Shown: piece by piece, positions 7,186-16,130 of the stretch
How the letters are laid out: every line of letters starts with the position of its first letter
How positions within the stretch are numbered: the first letter of the stretch is position 1
From: Akkermansia muciniphila
GTDB taxonomy: Bacteria; Verrucomicrobiota; Verrucomicrobiia; Limisphaerales; UBA9464
NCBI GenBank assembly: GCA_945861075.1
Contig: CAMATE010000003.1
Location: forward strand, 1-32,443
Direction: 5' to 3'
Length of the DNA: 32,443 nucleotides
Position numbers and translations under genes: made by a program
Notes under the pieces: generated by a model
What the model saw: the letters and a program-made list of their open reading frames with translations, nothing else
Told to the model about the DNA's origin: nothing
The model's database searches: none

Positions 7186-8814
7186 ATGCCGAACGACGCG
7201 TCGCAGCCCCATCCCGACTCCAGACCCACGGGGATTCGCTGGTGGCCGGCTGGGGTGATTTTGGGGGTGATGGTCTTGGCCATGGGGGTGGTTCAATCGA
7301 TCGGGGAGTTTCCCTTTCAGCGACGCAACCTCATTTGCCTGGGTATCGCGGGTGGCGCCGCCGGATTGCTGCTCTTTTGGTGGCTTTTCCTGTCACGGGC
7401 CCGGTGGACCTTGCGCTTGGCCGGAATCGCCGGGATCGCGCTGCTGGCAGGATTGGCTCGCCTGACCTTACGCATCCGCGGTGTGACCGGCGACCTGATC
7501 CCCATCGTCGAAACCCGCTGGGCGCAACCCTCACCGCCATCCCCCAACGGCAGCTCGGTCGGAAACTCAACGGGAAGCTCCATCGGGAGCTTGGCCAACC
7601 CCACGGGCGCCGCTTCAGCGTCGGTCGCACGTTCCAACTCCACCACGCGTTTAGCCGGTGATTACCCTCAATTTCTGGGATTGAATCGCAACGGTATCGT
7701 TGACGGACCCGCATTCCAAACCAATTGGGCCCAGTTTCCACCCCACTTGCTGTGGCGGCAGTCGGTCGGAGGCGCATGGTCGGGATTTTCGGTGGTGGGC
7801 GATCTGGCGGTGACTCAGGAACAATACGGTGAGGAGGAGTGTGTCGTAGCCCGACATATCGTTAACGGTAATATTGTTTGGAAAACCGGTAATCCAGCCC
7901 GTTATTTCACCCCGATTGCCGGAGAAGGCCCCCGCAGTTCGCCCACGATGGCTCCAGGGCGTGTCGTCACCCTCGGAGCGCGGGGTTGGCTTCAGGTTCT
8001 GGATTTGCGAACGGGCCAGCGGCTTTGGGGCACCAATATTTTGGATTTCGCCCAAGCAGGCATGCCGGAATGGGGCCTTTCGGGCTCTCCATTGGTGATT
8101 TCCAATCGAGTTATCGTTAGCGCCGGAGGGCGAGACGGACGCTCGTTGCTCATGTGGCATTTGGAGTCCGGGCAACTCTTGGCCTCGGGAGGTTCTTCCT
8201 CGGCGCAATACAGTTCGCCTTACCTGACCGAATTGGCCGGAGTGCCCCAGATTCTGCAGTTTAACCATCGTGAGATCAGCTCCCACGATCCCGTGACGGC
8301 TCAGGTGCTCTGGAACCGGCCCTTCGGCATCCACTTCCCTCTCGTGGCCAACCCGGTTCAAGTTTCCTCCAACCGCGTGTTTTTGAGCGCGGGTTATGGG
8401 GTGGGAGCGGAGCTGTTGGAGATTTCGAAGAACCCGTCAGGCACACTCGCGGCTCGACCGGTTTGGACTTCGAAACGCATGAAGGCCAAGTTTTCCAACC
8501 CCTACTTCCGCGACGGGTTTCTGTATGGGTTGGATGATGGAATCCTGGCCTGCCTGGACGCGAAGGACGGCTCACAGCGTTGGAAGGAGGGCCGGCACGG
8601 TCATGGTCAAGGACTGCTGGTGGGCGACGTGTATTTGCTCATGGCCGAACAAGGCGAACTGCTGCTCTTGCGCCCCACCCCCGAAGGCCCGGGTGAATTG
8701 GCCCGACTGAAGGTCTTCGACGACAAGACGTGGAACCCCATCGCTCTGGCCGGAGACCTCCTACTGTTGCGCAACGACCGCGAGGCCGCCTGCTACCGAT
8801 TGGCGGTGCGCTGA
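7186..8814 (+). CDS. Membrane-anchored PQQ-binding-like (BamB-family) beta-propeller protein
   Basis: About three N-terminal hydrophobic helices, a Ser/Gly linker, then DYPQFLGLNRNG, LLWRQSVGGAWSG, GEGPRSSP, WGLSGSPL, YSSP and KTWNPIALAGDLLLLRN, as in PVC PQQ_2 propellers. Start is 7186 (or 7165). Confidence 0.88.
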   Translation: MPNDASQPHPDSRPTGIRWWPAGVILGVMVLAMGVVQSIGEFPFQRRNLICLGIAGGAAGLLLFWWLFLSRARWTLRLAGIAGIALLAGLARLTLRIRGVTGDLIPIVETRWAQPSPPSPNGSSVGNSTGSSIGSLANPTGAASASVARSNSTTRLAGDYPQFLGLNRNGIVDGPAFQTNWAQFPPHLLWRQSVGGAWSGFSVVGDLAVTQEQYGEEECVVARHIVNGNIVWKTGNPARYFTPIAGEGPRSSPTMAPGRVVTLGARGWLQVLDLRTGQRLWGTNILDFAQAGMPEWGLSGSPLVISNRVIVSAGGRDGRSLLMWHLESGQLLASGGSSSAQYSSPYLTELAGVPQILQFNHREISSHDPVTAQVLWNRPFGIHFPLVANPVQVSSNRVFLSAGYGVGAELLEISKNPSGTLAARPVWTSKRMKAKFSNPYFRDGFLYGLDDGILACLDAKDGSQRWKEGRHGHGQGLLVGDVYLLMAEQGELLLLRPTPEGPGELARLKVFDDKTWNPIALAGDLLLLRNDREAACYRLAVR

Positions 8815-8844
8815 GCCGGACCCAAAGGAGCAAGGGTCGGGGAC

Positions 8845-9624
8845 TCAGGGGATTTTAATCCCGTAGAAGCACTGCCACTGACTTTGGCTCGATCCCAATG
8901 TCACGTTGCGGGACGAGATCCATTGGACATGGCCGTCCTCGAAGAGAAAGTTGCCTCCATCGGGAATCCCACGCTGGCCGGCATGGTTGGCTGTCTTGGT
9001 GAGGCGTCCGTTCTCGACCATCATCCACTTGATCCCGGGGTTCCACATGTTGGTGGAGTGGGCCCCATGTCCCTGAAGGCGGTCGATGAGGATGGGAGCG
9101 GCGGAAAACTCGCCACCCATCTTCTTGCGGTAATGCCAGTCACCCAAACCGTCGGAGTTGTAATCCCAGGCACCATCCACGCGGCCTGGGAGAAAGAAAT
9201 ACCCAATGAAAACAGGCCGGCTGCTGTTCGCTCCGTAGCTCCAGGCGTCGGCCTGTCGGTTCCATTGATCGGTTGGGCAAAAGAGAACGTGATTGGCCGC
9301 CTTGCGGTCGTTCCGCGACTTTGGGGCCGCATTCTTCATCAGGTACTTGTCCGTGAAGTTCCGGGCACTGGATCCCAGCCAACTCAGCCCGGTTCCGTCA
9401 GTGTTGTCGGGAAACCGGTCCTCATTGTCATTGGCATAGAGGTTCACCGCGATCCCCCATTGCCGCTGATTGCTGCTGCATAAGGTCTTGATAGCCGTGG
9501 ATCGAGCCCGAGCCAGCGCCGGCAGGAGCATACCCGCCAAGATAGCGATGATGGCGATCACCACCAGCAGCTCAATGAGCGTGAAGGCGGTTGATCGTGA
9601 GGCTGAAATCCGGCGCGGGTTCAT
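8845..9624 (-). CDS. Prepilin-type N-terminal cleavage/methylation protein with C-terminal H-X9-DG motif (DUF1559-like, PVC minor pilin/pseudopilin)
   Basis: [44 protein letters not shown] and NH...[13 protein letters not shown]. Confidence 0.92.
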   Translation of the reverse strand: MNPRRISASRSTAFTLIELLVVIAIIAILAGMLLPALARARSTAIKTLCSSNQRQWGIAVNLYANDNEDRFPDNTDGTGLSWLGSSARNFTDKYLMKNAAPKSRNDRKAANHVLFCPTDQWNRQADAWSYGANSSRPVFIGYFFLPGRVDGAWDYNSDGLGDWHYRKKMGGEFSAAPILIDRLQGHGAHSTNMWNPGIKWMMVENGRLTKTANHAGQRGIPDGGNFLFEDGHVQWISSRNVTLGSSQSQWQCFYGIKIP

Positions 9625-9641
9625 GAAGGGGATGAGCCATC

Positions 9642-9671
9642 ACAATGCTCCAAAGGGAGGATGTGGGTCAA
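9642..9671 (-). promoter_or_regulatory. Possible sigma70-type promoter of the prepilin gene
   Basis: Minus-strand TTGACC (9671-9666), N18, CATTGT (9647-9642). Same -35 and spacing as the candidate tig promoter. Confidence 0.3.
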
Positions 9672-9707
9672 CCGTGTCGGTCAACGACTCCGCCGCTCAT
9701 TGGCCCG

Positions 9708-12371
9708 TCACTCGCCGGCCACAGTCACCCGGTAAAAACGAGTCGGCCCGTCGGGCAGCGGAATGGATGCCTCGGAATCGACGGATTTTGCCCGTGGATC
9801 ATTTTCCTCCACCTCCAACCGGCTCCACTGCGCCGTCGGCGTCATATCCGAAGCCCACTGCACCTCGAATCGCCGGCCCGCCCATCGGGGAAACCGCAGA
9901 ACATATTGGGTACCCTCCCGAAGGAGGGATGGTTTCCAAAGACGCTTCGGATTCAGCGGGCCCTCGCGCAGCAAGTACTCGGTGAAATTATCCAATCCGT
10001 CGCCGTCCGGATCCATGGCCTGCAAACGCAAGCTCTCCCAAGGCTCCGGCATCCACTGCGTCGCCCATTGGGTGTAGCCCTGACGACCCGGCAACTCATC
10101 CACGATCCAGCGCCGCAGCAAATCCACACCTTCCCGCTGAATCTCGGAGGAGCCCAACGGGGGCATGTGGAGGGCTCCCAAGGTGGAGATCCGGAGAAAG
10201 AGGGACGAGTTCTCGGGGTGACCCGGATCGATCAAATAATCCCCACTGCCCAGTCCGGAAGCGGACGATCGGACTCCAATCAACCCCATCTGATCCAAGG
10301 CGGTGCCGATGCGGGCATCCCAAGGCATCCGGGTCAATCCGCCCGGCTGGTGACAGGAGGCGCAGTTGGAATCCAAATAGGCTCTCACCCGACGCTCCAA
10401 CGTCTGGGTTTCGTCGGATGGAGCGACCAGAGCCGGCATTTGATGGGTACGAACCAATGGTGTCGAAAAGTAGCCAGCCGCCGACCAGTCATTCAGTTGG
10501 GAGAGTATCTGCACCCCGTGACGAACGACGCGATTGAGTTGGGCCGTGTTGAAGCCTGCAGGCCCGCCATTGGCCGAATTGTGGCAGGACAAGCATTCGT
10601 TCCGCGCCGGAAACCGCCAGTTCTGGGTAACCAACTCGGTTGGGGTCCAAGCATAGAACATGGCATTGGCCCCGTCGTCCGGAACCAGATCCGCGTCGGT
10701 CCCCTCATCATTCCACCGGTAGCTGGCCCCAGACACACCGTTGGTGGTCTGGATGAGGATCCGGGTTTCCATGGGGAAAAGCAGGGTTTTTGGACGATAA
10801 TACGGACGGTCAAAGTGCTTCACCCAGATCGTCCCCATCGGGAAGCTCCACGGTCCCTCACGACGGAAAGTCATGGTCGAGTCGTCGCCCGGGAGGGCAA
10901 ACCAACGACGCTTGAGGGCGTAATCGGACCAGAAGGGGGCATTGATCTCGTAGGGAACCAATCCAGGGCGAGGCGTCAGGGATTGAACATTTTCGAACAA
11001 GCCGGTCTCCGACAACCGCTCGGGCCAGACCTCCCCCAACACCGGGCGGTGAACCAAGCGGAAAATCCGCCCTGAACCGGAAGTCATCAACACCGATCCA
11101 TCCCGAGGGTCAGCACCAAAGGATATCACACCCGGCAAGTTGGCGATCCAGGTGACCTCGGCTTCACCCGATTGGCCGGGTCGCAGCACCGCAATGTCTC
11201 CGGACCAATCCGCGAAGAGGTAAGTGCCATCCAGTTCGGGATAGAATGTTCCCCGGTAGAAACGGCTTCCCGTGATGGCTGTGCGGCCGGAAAAGTGGCT
11301 GTACTCGAACTCAGGAGAAGTCATTCCTTCGACCGGCGGATTGGCAACCGAGATGGTTCCTTCCCACCAAGGCCATCCGTAGTTGGCCCCGGGACGGATT
11401 CGGTTGACCTCTTCACGCGAACCAAAGCCCACGTCGTTGCACCACAATTCACCCGTCTTGGAATCGAAGCTGAACTGCCACGGATTGCGCATGCCCAACG
11501 CATAGAACTCGGTGCGCAGGGATGCGGGATTGGCGCCGTTCCAGATCCTCTGGTTCCCGACGACGTATTGCCGAATGCCGACAAACGGGTTGTCGGCGGG
11601 AATGGAGTAAGCAGCCGGGTTGACACCGAACCCGGGATTCGGCGGGAGATTTCCCGGCCGTCGATCCACGTCGATCCTCAGGATGCCTCCAAAAAATCCG
11701 GCATCGAGGCGTTGAGCCACGCGGTTGGCACTCAAACTCCCATCTCCGACGGACAGATATAAATAGCCGTCGGGTCCAAAGGCCAAACATCCCGCGTTGT
11801 GGTTGGGACCCGGGTCTTCCTGATGGAACAAAACCACCTCGGATGCCGGGTCCGGGAGTCCATTGCCACCGGGTGGGACGGTGAAGCGCGACAACCGATT
11901 GAAAGACTGCGTCAGTCCGCCAGCCCCTTCCTTGGAGGAATAATAGACAAAGACCCATCCATTGGTCTGGAACTGCGGATGGAAAGCCATTCCCAGAAGG
12001 CCGGATTCTTGCTCAAAGAAAACCCGTTCCGAGAGATCCAAAAACAAGCGGCTTTTCGGAGCACTGGACAGCGAAACCTCGAAGGCGATGCCGCCCATGC
12101 CGACCAAGATAATGCGGTTGGTCTCTCCCGGAGGAACCGCAAAACCGAGAATACCCGGAATGGATTCCAAGGTGGGGAACGCGTCCTCCAGTCGCCACGG
12201 TCCTTGAACTGGGTTTCGCGGAACCTTCCCGCCATCCCAGAACTGCCGGTCCAGAGCGCTCAGCGATCCAACGCTCACCCATAAGCAAAAACCAAGAACC
12301 AGCAACCTGCTCAGCAAGAAGGATCCCGCTGGGTTTTTCCTACTGAAACCGGCACTCGAATACCCCCCCAT
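9708..12371 (-). CDS. Secreted PQQ-dependent sugar dehydrogenase (GSDH)-like propeller fused to a diheme c-type cytochrome (SO2930-like) with a verrucomicrobial C-terminal tail
   Basis: Signal-like N-terminus. GSDH motifs ESGLLGMAFHPQF, NHNAGCLAFGPDGYLYLSVGDG and GMRNPWQFSFD. Cytochrome region PYEINAPFWSDYALKRRW, CLSCH (10581-10595), CASCH (10350-10364) and MPPLG. Ends with DPDGDGLDNFTEY...RFYRVTV. Confidence 0.9.
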   Translation of the reverse strand: MGGYSSAGFSRKNPAGSFLLSRLLVLGFCLWVSVGSLSALDRQFWDGGKVPRNPVQGPWRLEDAFPTLESIPGILGFAVPPGETNRIILVGMGGIAFEVSLSSAPKSRLFLDLSERVFFEQESGLLGMAFHPQFQTNGWVFVYYSSKEGAGGLTQSFNRLSRFTVPPGGNGLPDPASEVVLFHQEDPGPNHNAGCLAFGPDGYLYLSVGDGSLSANRVAQRLDAGFFGGILRIDVDRRPGNLPPNPGFGVNPAAYSIPADNPFVGIRQYVVGNQRIWNGANPASLRTEFYALGMRNPWQFSFDSKTGELWCNDVGFGSREEVNRIRPGANYGWPWWEGTISVANPPVEGMTSPEFEYSHFSGRTAITGSRFYRGTFYPELDGTYLFADWSGDIAVLRPGQSGEAEVTWIANLPGVISFGADPRDGSVLMTSGSGRIFRLVHRPVLGEVWPERLSETGLFENVQSLTPRPGLVPYEINAPFWSDYALKRRWFALPGDDSTMTFRREGPWSFPMGTIWVKHFDRPYYRPKTLLFPMETRILIQTTNGVSGASYRWNDEGTDADLVPDDGANAMFYAWTPTELVTQNWRFPARNECLSCHNSANGGPAGFNTAQLNRVVRHGVQILSQLNDWSAAGYFSTPLVRTHQMPALVAPSDETQTLERRVRAYLDSNCASCHQPGGLTRMPWDARIGTALDQMGLIGVRSSASGLGSGDYLIDPGHPENSSLFLRISTLGALHMPPLGSSEIQREGVDLLRRWIVDELPGRQGYTQWATQWMPEPWESLRLQAMDPDGDGLDNFTEYLLREGPLNPKRLWKPSLLREGTQYVLRFPRWAGRRFEVQWASDMTPTAQWSRLEVEENDPRAKSVDSEASIPLPDGPTRFYRVTVAGE

Positions 12372-12393
12372 TCAAGCGGCCAGACGCCGAGAA

Positions 12394-12470
12394 TGTAACG
12401 AGGGTTTCAGAAATGTTTTACAAATGTAATTCGATCCAAACGGAACCACCGACACAGCAGGTTACCTGCT
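12394..12470. promoter_or_regulatory. Candidate operator palindromes upstream of the GSDH-cytochrome gene
   Basis: TTACA-AA-TGTAA (12418-12429) and AGCAGGT-T-ACCTGCT (12456-12470) in an AT-rich intergenic region. Confidence 0.35.
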
Positions 12471-12598
12471 CAGGCAATGAGGATTTCTGGCTCACGAATT
12501 CAGGCCCTCGATTTAGTAAAATTCAGGAATGGGTTGGACCCCACGGCGCATGTCGGGCATGTCGTCACGACCGCACGCATCCGGCACGCAAGCTGGCA

Positions 12599-13306
12599 TC
12601 AACCGCCCAGGTAGGCACTACGGACTTCAGGACTGTCACGGAGAGCCGTCGAACTGTCGGCCAGAAGGACACGGCCGGTTTCCAGCACGTAGCCAAATGA
12701 GCTCACCTCCAAGGCCAAGTGAGCGTTCTGCTCTACGAGCAAAATAGGCAGCGACCGCTCACGGTTGAGTTCCACCAGACGGGCGAAGATTTCCTTCACC
12801 AAGAGTGGAGCAATGCCCAAGGACGGCTCATCGAGCATCAAGAATCGCGGACGACTCATGAGCGCGCGCCCAATGGCCAACATTTGCTGCTCTCCTCCGG
12901 AAAGGGTTCCAGCAGCCTGATCGCGGCGTTCCTTCAGCCGCGGGAACATGCCGAAGACATGGTCGAGTTCCGCGGTGATCCATTGGTTATCCCGCTGCAA
13001 GTACGCCCCCATGCGGAGGTTCTCCATCACCGTGAGGTTGGCGAAGACCAACCGACCCTCCGGAGAATGGGCCAGACCCCTCCGCACGATTTCATGGGGC
13101 GCCATCCCCGTGATGTCCTGACCGTCAAAAAGGATCCGGCCCGAACTGGGTTTCACCATGCCCGAAATGGCCCGAAGCGTCGTGGTTTTGCCCGCACCGT
13201 TGCCACCAATGAGGGTCACGATACCCCGGGCCGGCACGCTCAACGAAATACCGTGGAGGGCGGTGATGGCACCGTATTGGACGCTCAGGTTTTGGACTTC
13301 TAGCAC
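12599..13306 (-). CDS. livF: Branched-chain amino acid ABC transporter ATP-binding protein
   Basis: GGNGAGKTT Walker A, LSGGEQQMLAIGRALM, LDEPSLGIAP and LLVEQNA. GTG start. Confidence 0.95.
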   Translation of the reverse strand: MLEVQNLSVQYGAITALHGISLSVPARGIVTLIGGNGAGKTTTLRAISGMVKPSSGRILFDGQDITGMAPHEIVRRGLAHSPEGRLVFANLTVMENLRMGAYLQRDNQWITAELDHVFGMFPRLKERRDQAAGTLSGGEQQMLAIGRALMSRPRFLMLDEPSLGIAPLLVKEIFARLVELNRERSLPILLVEQNAHLALEVSSFGYVLETGRVLLADSSTALRDSPEVRSAYLGG

Positions 13307-13338
13307 GGCGGAAAAAGGAGAGGGTTTGGCTCTGGTTT

Positions 13339-14103
13339 TCAGTCACCCAAGTAGGCGGCGATGACTTTGGGATCCGCACGAATCTCCGCCGGCGATCCCT
13401 CGGCGATTTTCCGGCCGTATTCCAGAACATGAATGCGCTCGCAAATACCCATGACCACCTTCATGTCGTGCTCGACGAGCAACACCGCCAGGCGGAAGCG
13501 GTCTCGCACGAAGCGGATCAAGCGCATCAACTCGTCTTTTTCGGATGGGTTCATTCCGGCGGCAGGTTCATCGAGCAAGAGCAGTCGCGGCCCCGTGGCC
13601 AAGGCCCGAACAATTTCCAGACGACGCTGGTCACCATACGAGAGGCTCTTGGCCGGAGCATCCTGGACACGCTCCAAATTGAAGATACCCAGCAACTCGC
13701 GAGTGCGGTCCTGCAAGTCGGCTTCCTCCGCATGAAAGCGGCGACTGCGCAACCAGGACTCCCAAGTCCGGTGCTCCAGATGTCGGTGAAAGGCCACCCG
13801 AACATTGTCTGAGACCGACAAGCTCGGAAAGAGCCGGATGTTCTGAAAGGTCCGGGCGATCCCACGTTCGGTGAGGTGGAATGGCTTCGCACCGGCGGTG
13901 TCCGTGCCCGCAAACTCAATGCGCCCTTCGGTGGGCTGATACACGCCGGTGATGAGGTTAAAGAGGGTGGTCTTGCCGGCACCGTTGGGACCGATGAGCC
14001 CGGCCAACTCCCCTTCCCTCACGTCGGCCGTGACCGAAGAGACCGCCGTCAGGCCGCCAAAGCGGATGGTCACGTCGGTCAGTTGCAGCAAGGAAGTGCT
14101 CAT
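13339..14103 (-). CDS. livG: Branched-chain amino acid ABC transporter ATP-binding protein
   Basis: FGGLTAV, GPNGAGKTT, IARTFQNIRLF, LSYGDQRRLEI, LDEPAAGMNP and VIAAYLG. Confidence 0.95.
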   Translation of the reverse strand: MSTSLLQLTDVTIRFGGLTAVSSVTADVREGELAGLIGPNGAGKTTLFNLITGVYQPTEGRIEFAGTDTAGAKPFHLTERGIARTFQNIRLFPSLSVSDNVRVAFHRHLEHRTWESWLRSRRFHAEEADLQDRTRELLGIFNLERVQDAPAKSLSYGDQRRLEIVRALATGPRLLLLDEPAAGMNPSEKDELMRLIRFVRDRFRLAVLLVEHDMKVVMGICERIHVLEYGRKIAEGSPAEIRADPKVIAAYLGD

Positions 14104-15098
14104 GTGCGCTGCCTCCGACGTTCACCCCGATGGAACAGGCCCTGTGGGCGCATGAGCATCAAGAGGATCAAGAGCAGTGAGTAGAGGATCATCCGCATGT
14201 CCTTGATCCACTCGAGCGACCAGGCCGCTCCTCCAAAAGGATTGGGAACCGAGCGACTGCCCAATTCGCGAAGACCCTCCGGCAGCAAGGTCAACAAGAT
14301 GGCCGCGAAGACAACGCCTGCATGGCGACCCATGCCTCCGAGGATGACCATCACCACGATTTCGATGCTCTTTTCGAAGGAGAATCCGCCCGGGTTGAGA
14401 TACCCCTTGAGGTGCGCGTACAAGCCGCCCGCGATTCCCGCAAAGAAGGATCCGATGCCGAAGGCCGTGATCTTGTAGCGGGTTGTGTCCAGGCCCATGG
14501 CCTCGGCCGCCACTTCATCATCGGCCACCGCCAGAAATCCGCGCCCATGGGTGGAATTGAGCAACGCCCACACCGTGTACACGGTCAGCGCCGCTGATCC
14601 GAAGGTCCAAAAGAGATTGGTGTGGGTTGGCACGCCGGTCAGGCCGCGGGCTCCACCCACCGCATCCACATTCTGGAGAATGACACGAATGATCTCGCCG
14701 AAGCCCAGCGTCACGATGGCCAGATAGTCGCCCTTGAGCCGCAGCGAGGGAGCCCCCACCGCAAGGCCCGCCGCCGCAGCGAGCAATCCGCCCACCAGGA
14801 GGCTGAACGGAAAAAAGACCCATTGCAGGAGAGCCGGGCTCCAACCCAATCGCGGCGCCACCACCGTGGACAACATGGCCGAGGTGTAGGCACCCAAGGC
14901 CATGAAACCGGCGTGACCGAGAGAAAATTGGCCCGTGAAGCCATTGATGAGATTGAGGCTGGAGGCCAGCACCACGCTGACACCCACGCCCATCACCACG
15001 TCCAGAAAGTAGGGGTCGATCGAGCCGGAAACCGCCGAGGCCACTCCTGCCAGAATCAAGGCTGCCAGCAACCAGCGTTGGGCGATGGGAAACGCCAT
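14100..15098 (-). CDS. livM: Branched-chain amino acid ABC transporter permease
   Basis: SLNLINGFTGQFSLGHAGFMALGAY, LRLKGDYLAIVTLGFGEIIR and RPQGLF. Stop overlaps the livG start (ATGA). Confidence 0.95.
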   Translation of the reverse strand: MAFPIAQRWLLAALILAGVASAVSGSIDPYFLDVVMGVGVSVVLASSLNLINGFTGQFSLGHAGFMALGAYTSAMLSTVVAPRLGWSPALLQWVFFPFSLLVGGLLAAAAGLAVGAPSLRLKGDYLAIVTLGFGEIIRVILQNVDAVGGARGLTGVPTHTNLFWTFGSAALTVYTVWALLNSTHGRGFLAVADDEVAAEAMGLDTTRYKITAFGIGSFFAGIAGGLYAHLKGYLNPGGFSFEKSIEIVVMVILGGMGRHAGVVFAAILLTLLPEGLRELGSRSVPNPFGGAAWSLEWIKDMRMILYSLLLILLMLMRPQGLFHRGERRRQRT

Positions 15099-15100
15099 GC

Positions 15101-16006
15101 TCAGACCTTCTCCACCTTGAGTTTGCCCAGCAGACCGGCGGGCCGGAACAGCAGGATGGCGATGAGGATGCCGAAGGCGATGGCATCGCGGAAGGTCGAG
15201 AGCCGCGTTCCCGACACGAAGGTCTCCACCAAACCAATGAGCAACCCACCCAGTGCCGCTCCCGGCAGGTTGCCGATGCCGCCCAGCACCGCAGCCACGA
15301 AGGCCTTGAGGCCCGGCAAGGTGCCCATCAGCGGATCGATGCTGGGGTAGTTCATCGCATAGAGAACCCCGCCCGCTCCGGCCAAGGCTGAACCCAGTCC
15401 AAAGGTGAAGGAAATGATCCGGTCATTGTTGATGCCCACCAACGAGGCGGCTGTGGCATTGAAGGACAAGGCACGCATGGCCGTGCCGATGCGTGTGTGA
15501 TGCACGATCCAGTAGAGCAACCCCAGAAGACTCAGGGCGACTGCCAACACCACCAACTGATGGGTCGAGACGGTCAAGGTGCCGAAGTGGAGCTGCTGGG
15601 AGGGAAAGAGAGCCGGAAAGGCCTTGGGGTTAGGCCCGAAACCGAGCCGAGAGTTCTGCGCCACGTTCTGGATGAGCAACGAAACGCCGATGGCGGTGAT
15701 GAGCACCGTAAGGGTGGATCGCTGACGCAACGGCTTGTACGCGAGCTTTTCAATGACCACCCCCAAGACGGCGCACACCGACATCGACAACAACAAGGCC
15801 GCCAACCCACCGCCGATCGACTGGGTGGGCAACCCGAGTTTCTCTACCGAATACCAGGCGACAAACGCTCCCAACATGAACACATCGCTGTGGGCGAAAT
15901 TGATGAAGCGGAGCACGCCATAAACCATGGTGTACCCCAGGGCGATGAGGGCGTATATAGCCCCCAGGAGCACTCCATTGAGCAGTTGTTGCAGGAACTC
16001 GGTCAT
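15101..16006 (-). CDS. livH: Branched-chain amino acid ABC transporter permease
   Basis: MTEFLQQLLNGVLLGAIYALIALGYTMVYGVLRFINFAH, GLKAFVAAVLGGIG and RPAGLLG. The start is placed at 16006 rather than 16084. Confidence 0.95.
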   Translation of the reverse strand: MTEFLQQLLNGVLLGAIYALIALGYTMVYGVLRFINFAHSDVFMLGAFVAWYSVEKLGLPTQSIGGGLAALLLSMSVCAVLGVVIEKLAYKPLRQRSTLTVLITAIGVSLLIQNVAQNSRLGFGPNPKAFPALFPSQQLHFGTLTVSTHQLVVLAVALSLLGLLYWIVHHTRIGTAMRALSFNATAASLVGINNDRIISFTFGLGSALAGAGGVLYAMNYPSIDPLMGTLPGLKAFVAAVLGGIGNLPGAALGGLLIGLVETFVSGTRLSTFRDAIAFGILIAILLFRPAGLLGKLKVEKV

Positions 16007-16130
16007 CGGGTTCCGCGGGCCCCGCCACGCGGACAAGCCTTCAAGAAAACCCCAGTCGCGCCCAATGTCGAGCGCGGGTGACAAAGACGGCGCAGGAGCG
16101 GATGAGACGCTGGCAGGCTCGACCTCATGG

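Noticed and set aside
8815-8844. Terminator between the convergent propeller and pilin genes
   Set aside because: Only a weak bulged stem with a 10-nt loop and no U-tract.
9645-11075. 476-aa plus-strand ORF
   Set aside because: It is antisense to the GSDH-cytochrome gene, a typical high-GC shadow ORF.
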